Source: Acutalibacteraceae bacterium
Lineage (GTDB): Bacteria > Bacillota > Clostridia > Oscillospirales > Acutalibacteraceae
Reading direction: 5' to 3'
Length of the DNA stretch: 64,000 nucleotides
NCBI GenBank assembly: GCA_050946835.1
Contig: JBMNVN010000004.1
Location: 72,062 to 136,061, forward strand
Each line of letters opens with the position of its first letter. The stretch's first letter is position 1. The notes below the pieces were generated by a model. The model searched no databases. It was not told the DNA's origin and saw only the letters and a list, made by a program, of their open reading frames with translations. A program made the translations under genes and the position numbers. Shown piece by piece: positions 19,550-28,928 of this stretch.

Positions 19550-19580
19550 AAGCTGCATAATCTAAAATAACAAGTAAAAA

Positions 19581-19620
19581 AACCGGCACGGGTGAATAGT
19601 CCGTGCCGGTTTTTATTTTT
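19581..19620. terminator. bidirectional rho-independent terminator
   Basis: aaccggcacgg (19581-19591) pairs with ccgtgccggtt (19601-19611). An A-run precedes it and a T-run follows. It lies between convergent genes, the PHP gene (+) and maf (-). Confidence 0.8.
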
Positions 19621-19650
19621 ATTTTTCCGCCATGTGAAAAACGGCAAAAT

Positions 19651-20208
19651 TCACTCCCGGATTGTGCGTACAACTCTTGCCACGGGCAGGCCTACCACAT
19701 TGAAGTAATCGCCTTGTATTCCTTTGATATTCACACAGCCCAACCCCTGTATACCGTAGGCGCCCGCCTTATCCATGGGTTCCCCCGAAGCAACATAATT
19801 GTCAATTTCTTCATCGGTCAGGGGATAAAACTCCACCGCCGCTTCCTCTGTAAAAGCATTTTCTTTGCCGTTTTTAATTATACAGACTCCGGTGCAGACT
19901 TTATGGGTTTTGCCGGAAAGCAGTTTAAGCATCCTTGCGGCGTCAGCCTCGTCCCGGGGTTTACCCAAAATCTTGCCGTCCAGTAAAACCACGGTATCTG
20001 CCCCTACCACACAGGCGCCGGGATGTTTTTCCGCTACGGAGCGCGCTTTTTGGCAAGCCAGATTTTCCACCGCTTTTTCTACAGTTAAGCGGTCGTCAAA
20101 AACCTCCGGCCCGTCCGAAGGGCAAACCTCAAAATCCAGCCCCGCATTTCTCATCAGGTCCCGCCGTCTGGGGGAGGCGGAGGCAAGAATAATCTTCAAA
20201 CCTTTCAT
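19651..20208 (-). CDS. maf: Maf-like nucleoside triphosphate pyrophosphatase
   Basis: 185 aa. Motifs seen: ILASASPRRRDL and GAYGIQG. Confidence 0.9.
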   Translation of the reverse strand: MKGLKIILASASPRRRDLMRNAGLDFEVCPSDGPEVFDDRLTVEKAVENLACQKARSVAEKHPGACVVGADTVVLLDGKILGKPRDEADAARMLKLLSGKTHKVCTGVCIIKNGKENAFTEEAAVEFYPLTDEEIDNYVASGEPMDKAGAYGIQGLGCVNIKGIQGDYFNVVGLPVARVVRTIRE

Positions 20209-20226
20209 CCTTTCAAAGTCCGCTGC

Positions 20227-20790
20227 TCAGAACGCGGCTTCTCCGTCTTTAAGTCCGTCTTTAAGCATTGTATAAAGTTTTAATACCGCCGTCTGTGTTT
20301 TGCCGTCCTGCAACTGATTATCCTTAATCATTTTTACCACCTCATCCAGAGGGAAAGCCCCTACTTCCAAAAACTCGTCTTCGTCCGGATTTTCTTCGGC
20401 AAAGGACAACTCCGCAGCGGCAAACAGGTAGATAGCCTCGCTGCTGTAAGCCGGAGCGGGATAATATACCCCCAGGTCAATAATGCGGCCGGCCACGGCT
20501 CCCGTTTCCTCCTTTAGTTCCCGCAGGGCACATTCAAGGGGAGTTTCACCGGAGTCAAGTTTGCCTGCGGGAATCTCCCAAAGAGGGGTGCGGAAAGGGT
20601 AACGGAATTGCCTTACCATTATTATTTCCCCTTCCCCGGTTAGGGGGACAACTCCTGCGGCTCCGTTATGGGCTATAAACTCACGCATGGAGAGTGAGCC
20701 GTTCGGCAGTTCCACCTTATCCGTATAGAGGGTGAGGATTTTGCCGTCATATATTTTTTTGCTCTCAACAGTTTTTTCCGTTAAATCCAT
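20227..20790 (-). CDS. Nudix hydrolase (ADP-ribose pyrophosphatase type)
   Basis: 187 aa. Nudix box GKLDSGETPLECALRELKEETGA. Confidence 0.88.
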   Translation of the reverse strand: MDLTEKTVESKKIYDGKILTLYTDKVELPNGSLSMREFIAHNGAAGVVPLTGEGEIIMVRQFRYPFRTPLWEIPAGKLDSGETPLECALRELKEETGAVAGRIIDLGVYYPAPAYSSEAIYLFAAAELSFAEENPDEDEFLEVGAFPLDEVVKMIKDNQLQDGKTQTAVLKLYTMLKDGLKDGEAAF

Positions 20791-20821
20791 TTTATTCTCC
20801 TCTTAGACTTTCGGGGGAAGT

Positions 20822-20852
20822 TAAAAATTTAGGGCAGGCCTGTGCCTGCCCC
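20822..20852 (-). terminator. terminator after the acidic zinc-ribbon gene
   Basis: gggcaggc (20832-20839) pairs with gcctgccc (20844-20851), followed on the minus strand by AAATTTTT. Confidence 0.6.
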
Positions 20853-20869
20853 GTGTTCAGAGCTGTCGC

Positions 20870-21301
20870 TCAATCATCATCCTCATCGTCGTCATCGTCA
20901 TCATCATCGCAGCAGTCTTCGCACTCACAGACGATATCAAACTCCAGGGCTTCGCCGCAATTGGGGCAGTCAATTTCGCCATCTTCAATAATGCGGGCGT
21001 CCACGCAGATAACTTCGCCGCATTTCGGGCATTCCACATCGTAGTACTCATCTTCCAAATCTTCATCATCGCCGACGATGCCTTCGTAAATGAACCTTTC
21101 GACAGCGTCCAGATCCTCGTCAACTTCGTCCAGTTGTTCACTTACAATACCCAACCCGTCCTCCAGATCGGAAACGGTAAGCGCCAGGTCGTCCAGCAAA
21201 TCCATCATACTGTTGATAATCTTCGTTTCGGGTTTTTCGGGATCCAGTTTTAAGCCTTCCGCCAAACCTCTGAGATATGCGGCTTTTTCAGTAACTGTCA
21301 T
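20870..21301 (-). CDS. acidic zinc-ribbon protein (CD1247 N-terminal domain-like)
   Basis: 143 aa. It has CPKCG...CPNCG zinc-ribbon cysteine pairs, a CECEDCC cluster, and a C-terminal DDDDDDDDEDDD tail. The family name is from memory. Confidence 0.7.
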   Translation of the reverse strand: MTVTEKAAYLRGLAEGLKLDPEKPETKIINSMMDLLDDLALTVSDLEDGLGIVSEQLDEVDEDLDAVERFIYEGIVGDDEDLEDEYYDVECPKCGEVICVDARIIEDGEIDCPNCGEALEFDIVCECEDCCDDDDDDDDEDDD

Positions 21302-21319
21302 TTTAATTCCTCCTTGATA

Positions 21320-21877
21320 TTATGCACGGCTCAGATATTCGCCTGTGCGGGTATCGACAATAACCAGTTCGCCTTCTTCAATAAAGAGGGGTACTTTGAT
21401 TGTGGTCCCCGTTTCAACCTCGGCGGGTTTTGTAGCACTGGTGGCGGTATCGCCCTTAAAGCCGGGATCGGTTTTTGTTATTTTAAGCGTTACGGTAGTG
21501 GGCGCTTCCAGACCGAAAACGTTGCCTTTATAAGATAAAACTTTGCAGACCTCGTTTTCTTTTATAAATCTGAAGCTGTCCGGTAAAACCGAAGCGTCCA
21601 AGGGGATAAGCTCGAAAGTTTCCTGGTCCATAAAATAGTAGAGTTCGCCGTCGTTATAGGAATATTCCATATCCTTGCGTTCCACATATGCGGTAGGGAA
21701 CTTTTCGGAAGGATTGAAGGTGCGCTCCACCACGGAACCGGCTACGACATTGCGGATTTTTGTGCGTACAAAGGCGGCGCCTTTGCCCGGCTTAACATGC
21801 TGAAATTCGATAATTTGATAGACTTCGCCATCCATCTCGAAGGTGACGCCGTTGCGAAAATCTCCTGCAGAAATCAT
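21320..21877 (-). CDS. efp: elongation factor P
   Basis: The protein starts MISAGDFRNGVTFEMDGEVYQIIEFQHVKPGKGAAFVRTKIRN, which contains the conserved KPGKG loop. The ORF track extends 11 codons upstream, to 21910. Confidence 0.93.
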   Translation of the reverse strand: MISAGDFRNGVTFEMDGEVYQIIEFQHVKPGKGAAFVRTKIRNVVAGSVVERTFNPSEKFPTAYVERKDMEYSYNDGELYYFMDQETFELIPLDASVLPDSFRFIKENEVCKVLSYKGNVFGLEAPTTVTLKITKTDPGFKGDTATSATKPAEVETGTTIKVPLFIEEGELVIVDTRTGEYLSRA

Positions 21878-21990
21878 AAGTTTTTTCTCCTCCGCTTTTA
21901 TTGATTGCAAGGTTATTCTAAACGATTGCTATAATCTTTTCAAGTAGTTATTAATATTGTGCAAAAACTCTTGGCGGCAACTTGTATAAA

Positions 21991-23055
21991 CTAAAGTATA
22001 ATCAACTCTTTTGCGGCTTTGGTCAGGTTTTCACAGCCTGTTAAGGTAATAAGCGCCATATCCTCAATGCGCACACCGAATTGACCGGGCAGATATATAC
22101 CCGGCTCCACCGTGACTATATTCCCCGGTGAAAGATTGCCCTTGCCTTTGGGCGACAGGGTCGGCCCTTCGTGAATTTCTATCCCTACGCCGTGGCCCAA
22201 ACCGTGGCCGAAAAACTCGCCGTAACCGGCGGCTTCAATTACTTCCCTTGCCGCCGCATCGGCCTCCACACAGGAAAGGCCCGGTTTTAAAACTTCCAGC
22301 GCGGCTTTTTGCGCCGCAAGCACGGTTTCATAAACCAGGCTTTGTTTTTCCGTTACAGAAGTGAGAGCGACGGTGCGGGTCATATCACTGCGGTAACCTT
22401 CCGCCGTTGCGCCGAAATCCATGGTAATAAAATCGCCGGATTCCACCTTTTTATCCGACGGAACGGCGTGAGGTTTGGATGAATTGGCGCCGGAGGCGAC
22501 AATGGTTTCAAAAGCCAAGGATTCCGCCCCGTTTTTGAGCATAAAAAAGTCCAGTTCCAAGGCAATTTCCCGCTCAGTCACGCCGGGACGGATAAAATTA
22601 AGAATGTTCTCAAAAGCGGCTTCGGCAATTTTTTGAGCCGTTTTTATTTTTGCAACTTCCGCCTCGCCTTTAACTAAACGCAAATTTTCTATCAGAATGT
22701 CGGCCTCTTCACCCCGGCAAAGCTCAATATCGCCCAGTGTGCGGGCAAGTTTTTCAAAACCCGCAACGGTTTGCCAACGCACCTCACAGGCAAGGCGGCG
22801 GCAGCCGAAAAGTTTTGCAAAGCAGGGCAACTGTTCTTCACGCTTTTTAAGCTCCTGAACCTCACAGCAGGTTATCAGGTTTTTCGCCGCCTCAATATAT
22901 CGGCAGTCCGTGAGGAAAACGCTTTTATTTTTTGCCGCTATCAGAATACCCGCAGAGGAAGGGAAGCCCGTAAAAAAACGCCTGTTTTCCGGCGATTCTA
23001 TTATAACTCCGTCAATATCTTCCGGCAGTGATTTGATTAAACTTTCCAACTTCAT
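21991..23055 (-). CDS. pepP: Xaa-Pro aminopeptidase (M24 family)
   Basis: M24 metal-ligand motifs: DFGA..GY.SD, HGLGHGVGIEIHE, EPGIY and IED. The likely start is MKLESL at 23055. The ORF track runs to 23094. Confidence 0.88.
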   Translation of the reverse strand: MKLESLIKSLPEDIDGVIIESPENRRFFTGFPSSAGILIAAKNKSVFLTDCRYIEAAKNLITCCEVQELKKREEQLPCFAKLFGCRRLACEVRWQTVAGFEKLARTLGDIELCRGEEADILIENLRLVKGEAEVAKIKTAQKIAEAAFENILNFIRPGVTEREIALELDFFMLKNGAESLAFETIVASGANSSKPHAVPSDKKVESGDFITMDFGATAEGYRSDMTRTVALTSVTEKQSLVYETVLAAQKAALEVLKPGLSCVEADAAAREVIEAAGYGEFFGHGLGHGVGIEIHEGPTLSPKGKGNLSPGNIVTVEPGIYLPGQFGVRIEDMALITLTGCENLTKAAKELIIL

Positions 23056-23096
23056 ATTGACCCCCGGCTCCGATTTCAAGAAGATTTTTACCAAAG

Positions 23097-23122
23097 AAAA
23101 AGCGGGCTTTCGCCCGCTTTTT
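23097..23122. terminator. bidirectional terminator between rpsU and pepP
   Basis: The sequence reads aaaa-agcgggc-tttc-gcccgct-tttt. The perfect 7-bp GC stem is flanked by A and T runs. Confidence 0.75.
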
Positions 23123-23124
23123 AC

Positions 23125-23301
23125 TTACTTAAATTTGCGCTTACGAGCCGCCTCGGACTTTTTCTTCCTCTTCAAAGAAGGTTTGACATAGTGCTCCCTT
23201 TTGCGAACCTCCTGAATTGTGCCGTCCTTGGACTGTTGCCTTTTAAAACGCCTAAGCGCGCTGTCTAGCGACTCATTTTCTTTTACTCTGATTTCACTCA
23301 T
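23125..23301 (-). CDS. rpsU: 30S ribosomal protein S21
   Basis: Hand translation gives [58 protein letters not shown] (58 aa). A GGAGGGAGGGA ribosome-binding site lies upstream. It falls below the 60-aa cutoff of the ORF track. Confidence 0.9.
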   Translation of the reverse strand: MSEIRVKENESLDSALRRFKRQQSKDGTIQEVRKREHYVKPSLKRKKKSEAARKRKFK

Positions 23302-23417
23302 TTATATTCCCTCCCTCCGCCTGAGCAGGGGTTATTATTTCAGTAATCATTATTGTACTATGCCCGGCTATTGTTTGTCAACAAAAACGGAGGATTTTCC
23401 CGCATATCGGGCAAGAT

Positions 23418-25826
23418 TCACCGAACCACAAAGTTGACCAGTTTGCCTTTTACATAAATTGCTTTAATCACTTGCTTGCCTTCAAGGGCCTGCGCTACTT
23501 TTTCATCGGCTTTGGCAAGTTCTATCGCTTCTTCTTCCGATATATCGGCGGACACGGTCAGCTTACCCCTGAGTTTGCCGTTTAACTGAACGACAAGCTC
23601 AATCACATCGTCCACACATTTTTCCGGGTCATACTCCGGCCACTTCCGGTCGGTTATGCGGCCGCCGAAGTTCATAACCTCCCAGGCTTCCTCCGTTACG
23701 TGGGGAGCAAAGGGATTAAGTAAAATCAGCAGGGTTTTATATTCTTCCCGGGTGACGGTTCCGATTTCCGTTATGCGGTTGAGCAGGGTCATCATTGCCG
23801 CTATGGCGGTGTTGCCTTTAAGTGCGTCTATATCATGACCTACCTTTTGGATAGTCTTGTGGATATCCGCTTCAAGCTCGGGGCGGTAGCCGCCGTCAAT
23901 GCAGTTTTCCCGCAAAGACCAAACGCGCTCCACAAACCGTTTACACCCCTTTATGCTGGAGGAACTCCAGGGGGCAGCTTTTTCAAAGTCGCCTATGAAC
24001 ACCTCATACAGGCGCATAGTGTCCGCACCGTACTCGTTGACTATGTCATCGGGATTAACCACATTTCCACGGGATTTGGACATTTTTTCTCCGTTTTCCC
24101 CGAGAATCATACCGTGGCTTGTACGCTTTGCGTAGGGTTCGCTCCAGGGCACCACACCGACATCATACAAAAACTTATGCCAAAAGCGGCTGTAAAGCAG
24201 ATGCAGGGTGGTATGCTCCATACCGCCGTTGTACCAGTCCACGGGCATCCAATAGTCCAGAGCCTCTTTTGAGGCAAGCGCCTTGTCGTTATCAGGGTCG
24301 CAGTAACGCAAAAAGTACCAGGAGGAACCCGCCCATTGCGGCATTGTGTCCGTTTCCCTTTTTGCGGGGCCGCCGCAGTCGGGGCAGACGGTGTTGACCC
24401 AATCCGTCAGCTTTGCCAACGGGGATTCCCCGTCTTCGGTGGGTTCATAACTTTCCACCATGGGCAGCAGGAGAGGCAGTTCGCTTTCCGGCAGGGGAAC
24501 ATAGCCGCATTTTTCGCAGTAGACCATGGGTATGGGTTCGCCCCAATATCTCTGGCGTGAGAATACCCAGTCCCGGAGTTTGAAGTTTACCTTTGCACGG
24601 CCTTTGCCTTCTTTTTCCAGCCATTCCAACATGGTTTTTTGAGCCTTTTCCACGCTCATATCATTGATAAAACCGGAGTTTACGATTACCCCCGTATCAC
24701 ATTCGGTGTAGGCTTCCTGCTGAACATCCTTGCCGCCTTTGACCACTTCCACAATCGGGAGGTCAAATTTTTTGGCAAATTCCCAGTCCCTTGTGTCATG
24801 CCCCGGCACCGCCATAATTGCGCCCGTACCGTAAGAGGCAAGCACATAGTCGGAAATAAAGATGGGAATTTCGGCATTATTGACGGGGTTAATCGCATAA
24901 ACGCCGTCAAGCCTTACGCCGGTTTTTTCTTTGTTTACCTCGGTGCGTTCAAAGTCGGATTTTTTGGCGGCTTCTTCTTTATAGGCGTTTACTTCATCCA
25001 TATTGCGGATAAGGGGCGCCCATTTTTCCACCAAATCATGCTCCGGCGATATTACCATATAGGTGGCGCCGAAGAGGGTATCCTGCCTGGTGGTAAACAC
25101 CGTTATTTTATCCCCGGCGCTTGACGGAAAATCCACCTCCGCCCCTACGGAACGGCCTATCCAGTTATGCTGCTGCAGCTTTACCCGTTCAATAAAATCC
25201 AAATCTTCAAGGTCGTCTACCAAACGCTGGGCGTACTCGGTAATCTTGAGCATCCACTGGCTTTTAACCTTGCGCACCACTTCACTGCCGCAACGCTCGC
25301 AAACGCCGTTTACAACCTCTTCATTCGCCAGCACGCATTTGCAGGAAAGGCACCAGTTGACCGCCATCTCTTTTTTATAGGCAAGCCCTTTTTTATACAG
25401 CTGTAAGAATATCCACTGGGTCCATTTATAATAAGCGGGGTCGGTCGTGTTTACCTCCCGGCTCCAGTCGAAAGAAAAGCCCAGGGATTGCAGTTGCTGT
25501 TTAAAGCGGGCTATGTTATCCTTTGTCACCTTTTCGGGGTGAATTTTGTTTTTTATGGCATAGTTTTCCGTAGGCAGACCGAAAGCGTCCCAACCCATAG
25601 GATAGAGTACATTATAGCCCTGAAGACGCTTTTTGCGCGCCACCAGATCAAGGGCCGTATAAGAGCGGGGATGGCCCACGTGAAGCCCCTGCCCGGAAGG
25701 ATAAGGGAACTCCACCAGGCAATAGAACTTGGGGAGGGAAAAATCCTGCTTGGCGTGAAATACTCCGCTTTCTTCCCAACGTTCCTGCCACTTTTTTTCC
25801 GCCTTTTTAAAATCAAACTCCGCCAT
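23418..25826 (-). CDS. leuS: leucine--tRNA ligase
   Basis: 802 aa from MAEFDF. HIGH-type motif [17 protein letters not shown] motif, and a CP1 editing domain. The ATG at 25826 has a GGTGAGGA ribosome-binding site and sits 1 nt after the rsfS stop. The ORF track starts at 25838. Confidence 0.95.
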   Translation of the reverse strand: MAEFDFKKAEKKWQERWEESGVFHAKQDFSLPKFYCLVEFPYPSGQGLHVGHPRSYTALDLVARKKRLQGYNVLYPMGWDAFGLPTENYAIKNKIHPEKVTKDNIARFKQQLQSLGFSFDWSREVNTTDPAYYKWTQWIFLQLYKKGLAYKKEMAVNWCLSCKCVLANEEVVNGVCERCGSEVVRKVKSQWMLKITEYAQRLVDDLEDLDFIERVKLQQHNWIGRSVGAEVDFPSSAGDKITVFTTRQDTLFGATYMVISPEHDLVEKWAPLIRNMDEVNAYKEEAAKKSDFERTEVNKEKTGVRLDGVYAINPVNNAEIPIFISDYVLASYGTGAIMAVPGHDTRDWEFAKKFDLPIVEVVKGGKDVQQEAYTECDTGVIVNSGFINDMSVEKAQKTMLEWLEKEGKGRAKVNFKLRDWVFSRQRYWGEPIPMVYCEKCGYVPLPESELPLLLPMVESYEPTEDGESPLAKLTDWVNTVCPDCGGPAKRETDTMPQWAGSSWYFLRYCDPDNDKALASKEALDYWMPVDWYNGGMEHTTLHLLYSRFWHKFLYDVGVVPWSEPYAKRTSHGMILGENGEKMSKSRGNVVNPDDIVNEYGADTMRLYEVFIGDFEKAAPWSSSSIKGCKRFVERVWSLRENCIDGGYRPELEADIHKTIQKVGHDIDALKGNTAIAAMMTLLNRITEIGTVTREEYKTLLILLNPFAPHVTEEAWEVMNFGGRITDRKWPEYDPEKCVDDVIELVVQLNGKLRGKLTVSADISEEEAIELAKADEKVAQALEGKQVIKAIYVKGKLVNFVVR

Positions 25827-25827
25827 T

Positions 25828-26193
25828 TTATTCCTCACCCTGATCTTTTAAAAATTCACTTATATCCATAACGGCCGCGTCTACCCACAGCCTTTCCAAA
25901 TTATAATATTCCCGGCTCGCTTTATCAAAAATGTGGACTATGACAGGGTTGTAATCCAGCAGAGTCCAGCCTGTCGCCCTGCCCTCAATATGATTGGGTT
26001 CGACACCTTTTTTTGAAAGAGCCTCCTCCAAATCCCCCGCAAGGGCTTTGGTGTGTGTGCTTGAAGTTCCCGAAGCCAGAATAAAGTAATCCGCAATAAT
26101 TGTCAGCTCGGCAATTCGGATAACCTTTATGTCCACCGCTTTTTTATCGTCCAAAACCCGGGCAATCTCTTTAACAAGCTCTTTTGTTGTCAT
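25828..26193 (-). CDS. rsfS: ribosome silencing factor RsfS
   Basis: 121 aa. Motifs seen: [21 protein letters not shown] and VHIF. Confidence 0.9.
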   Translation of the reverse strand: MTTKELVKEIARVLDDKKAVDIKVIRIAELTIIADYFILASGTSSTHTKALAGDLEEALSKKGVEPNHIEGRATGWTLLDYNPVIVHIFDKASREYYNLERLWVDAAVMDISEFLKDQGEE

Positions 26194-26207
26194 CTTTCCC
26201 TCCGATT

Positions 26208-26786
26208 TTATTGAGTCCCGCCGTTTTTACCGCGGGCAATTATCAATTCATTATAACATGCCAGTGAGTCCGGGTGAATAACACGGTTTTGTGCGGCAAG
26301 CTGCGTAATGCTGAACTCCAGAGCAAAAAGCATGGCGTCTTCAAGGCTTTTTTGCGCCAGGGAGCGCATGTGGGAAACCCCGTTATAAGTTCTGTCGGCG
26401 GAGATATAATCCGCCACATATATAACTTTTTCAAGCAGGCTCATCCCCGCCCTGCCGGTGGTATGGTAGCGCACGGCGTTATATATATCCGTACTGCCGA
26501 CTCCGAGTTCGTCCCGCACAAAGGCGGCGCCGGCATGGGCATGCCAAACCTTGGGGCTGTTTAAGTCTTCGGCTGTGAGTGTTACGGCGGATTTTTTCAG
26601 TTGTTCCAACTGCTCTTCGCCGGATTTATCCTTCATAATATCGTGAAGGACGGCGGCGGCCACCGCATCATCCTCGTTTGCGCCATACAAGCGGGCAAGC
26701 TCTTTCGCACACTCCGCCACATTCATACTGTGTTCATAACGGTAGGGGCTGAGCATATTTTTTGCCGTCAGTTCCAAATCAGTCAC
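26208..26786 (-). CDS. yqeK: HD-domain bis(5'-nucleosyl)-tetraphosphatase YqeK
   Basis: 192 aa. Motifs seen: RYEHSMNV and LHDIMKD (the HD pair). It occupies the conserved nadD-yqeK-rsfS position. Confidence 0.88.
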   Translation of the reverse strand: MTDLELTAKNMLSPYRYEHSMNVAECAKELARLYGANEDDAVAAAVLHDIMKDKSGEEQLEQLKKSAVTLTAEDLNSPKVWHAHAGAAFVRDELGVGSTDIYNAVRYHTTGRAGMSLLEKVIYVADYISADRTYNGVSHMRSLAQKSLEDAMLFALEFSITQLAAQNRVIHPDSLACYNELIIARGKNGGTQ

Positions 26787-27402
26787 GGTAAAGCCCCTCG
26801 GATTTCATATACTGCGCTACTTTTTTCCCCACAAATTCTTCCACATTCCCGCCCTCAGCAAGTTTTTTTCTCAGGTCGGTGGAACTCATCTCCAATACGG
26901 GGAGGTCCACAATAAGGGCTTTATAGGGGTTTTCCGCCAAGTGCAGACCCTGTTTGCGGGAGGCGGCGCACAGAGTGGCCAACTGCAGAATTTCTTCATA
27001 GCAGCGCCAGGTGTTAAAACTTAAAAACATATCCGAGCCGACTATGAGATACAGGGCGGCATCGGGGTTATTCTTTTTAATCTCCCGCAGGGTTTCAACG
27101 GTATAGCTTTTGCCGCCCCTGTCAAGTTCCATAGAGCTTACGGTAAACCTCGGGTCATCGCCGAAAGCCAAACGGCACATTGCCAAGCGGTGTTCGCCAC
27201 CCGCAAGAGATGAACTGCTTTTGTGCGGAGAAATATAGGAGGGAATTATTAACACCTCGTCCAAACCGAGGCTGTCCGCCATGCCTTTTGCAAGGGCAAC
27301 GTGGCCTTTATGGGGCGGATTAAAGGCTCCGCCGAAAACGCCGATTTTTTTTACGGCGTTCCCCTCCCGCTTATCGGATTTTTGACCGATATTATTTGAC
27401 AT
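26779..27402 (-). CDS. nadD: nicotinate-nucleotide adenylyltransferase
   Basis: 207 aa. Motifs seen: GVFGGAFNPPHKGH, and the SSTDLR-type motif EMSSTDLRKK. Confidence 0.92.
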   Translation of the reverse strand: MSNNIGQKSDKREGNAVKKIGVFGGAFNPPHKGHVALAKGMADSLGLDEVLIIPSYISPHKSSSSLAGGEHRLAMCRLAFGDDPRFTVSSMELDRGGKSYTVETLREIKKNNPDAALYLIVGSDMFLSFNTWRCYEEILQLATLCAASRKQGLHLAENPYKALIVDLPVLEMSSTDLRKKLAEGGNVEEFVGKKVAQYMKSEGLYRD

Positions 27403-28204
27403 TGATTTTATGCTTCATGAGATAGGAAGTTGCGGTAAAAAGCCCCGCCGCCGCAAGAATTTGAAACACTGTGCCGGTAAGACCGAAAGCTATACCGTCC
27501 ATACTCATCATGTTATTCGAAAAAGATACTGCCAGTCCGTCCTGCGTGGCACTCAGTGTAACAGGCACGTAAGTTGTAAGAAGCATGGCTAAAATCTGCA
27601 TAACGATATAGACCGCAAAAAATATAAACAAGGCGGTAATCATACCGTATTTTTGAAAAACTCTTGTATTTGCCAGGGTTATGGAAAAATAAATCTGTGA
27701 AATAAGAACGGTAATCTGAACAAAAACCATAATTCCTAAAAAAATCAGCATTTGCTTGATTGCCTTTTCGCCCGGGATGCCTTGAAAAGCCTTCATGAGT
27801 TCCTTAATTGCGGTAATTCTGTCCTGCCCGATTTTGGCCGCAGCGTAAAAATATATGCCTATCCAAATAGACACGGCGATAATATAGCTGAGAAGAATCC
27901 ACACAAAAGAAACCAGAGCTTTAGATGCCAGAAGCTCGCCGCTTTTTACCGGCAAAGTAAAACTCAAATAACCTTGGGCGCCGTAGAGGGATTTATAAAA
28001 GCCGGATATAACGGCAACAAGGGTGATAATAACAGCTATTACGCTTATGAGCATCAGCGCTACCGTACTTAAGGTGCTTATCCATTTAAGCTTTACGCTG
28101 TAAGACAAAAGCATCATAGCAATGGTGATTACGGCAGCCAGATAAATATACATAACCGAGTGGGCCGTGGATTTAAACTCGTTTTTAATTAACTTGCCAA
28201 ACAT
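27392..28204 (-). CDS. ABC-2 type transporter permease
   Basis: Multi-pass membrane protein. The likely start is MFGKLIKNEF at 28204. It overlaps the upstream ATPase gene. The ORF track runs to 28234. Confidence 0.7.
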   Translation of the reverse strand: MFGKLIKNEFKSTAHSVMYIYLAAVITIAMMLLSYSVKLKWISTLSTVALMLISVIAVIITLVAVISGFYKSLYGAQGYLSFTLPVKSGELLASKALVSFVWILLSYIIAVSIWIGIYFYAAAKIGQDRITAIKELMKAFQGIPGEKAIKQMLIFLGIMVFVQITVLISQIYFSITLANTRVFQKYGMITALFIFFAVYIVMQILAMLLTTYVPVTLSATQDGLAVSFSNNMMSMDGIAFGLTGTVFQILAAAGLFTATSYLMKHKINVK

Positions 28205-28895
28205 AGCCGAACACCTCCTTAAATATGTCTTCAATTGTGTTTTCTCCGATACGACCGTTCTTAACCGGTTCGTTCTTTAATATTCTTCCGTTGCCGATCA
28301 TCAGCGCCCGGTTAAAAATCCCTTCCACATCATGAATAAGGTGGGTGGAAATAAGGGTCGTGGAGTCGGCAGGCAAGTTGCTGAAAATAGTGTCCAGAAT
28401 AAAGGCTCTGGCCGCCGGATCAACGCCGCCGATGGGTTCATCAAGGATATACAGTTCGGCGTTGCGGCATACCACTAAAAGCAGCTGAAGTTTTTCCTGC
28501 ATACCTTTGGACATGGATTTGACCTTTTGTTTTGCGGGGAGCTGAAAAGTTTCGAGCATCTTCATGGCTTTTTCGGTATCAAAATCCCGGTAAAAGTCCG
28601 ACAGGTAGCGGATGGTGTCCACAGCCCTCATCCAGTCGGGCAGATATGATTTTTCCGGCAGGTAAGCGACAAGCGCCTTGGATTGCACGCCGGGTTTCTG
28701 CCCGTTAATCAGGACTTCGCCTTCGTAGTCGTTAATCAGCCCCGTGAGGATTTTAATGAGGGTGGTTTTACCGCAACCGTTGGGTCCGAGCAGGCCGATG
28801 CACTGACCCGCATCGTACTCAAAGGAGATATTCTCCAGCACCCGATGGCTGCCGTAAGACTTGCTCAAGTTTTTAACTTGAATGATTTTTGACAT
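28185..28895 (-). CDS. ABC transporter ATP-binding protein
   Basis: 236 aa. Walker A GPNGCGKTT, signature SKGMQEKL, Walker B LYILDEP. Confidence 0.9.
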   Translation of the reverse strand: MSKIIQVKNLSKSYGSHRVLENISFEYDAGQCIGLLGPNGCGKTTLIKILTGLINDYEGEVLINGQKPGVQSKALVAYLPEKSYLPDWMRAVDTIRYLSDFYRDFDTEKAMKMLETFQLPAKQKVKSMSKGMQEKLQLLLVVCRNAELYILDEPIGGVDPAARAFILDTIFSNLPADSTTLISTHLIHDVEGIFNRALMIGNGRILKNEPVKNGRIGENTIEDIFKEVFGYVWQVN

Positions 28896-28928
28896 GTTTT
28901 GCCTCCAATATTAAGGGTAAAAATCAGA

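Noticed and set aside
25671-25686. A CACGTGAA core resembling half of parS, inside leuS.
   Set aside because: Only the central 8 nt match and the flanking TGTT/AACA arms are absent.
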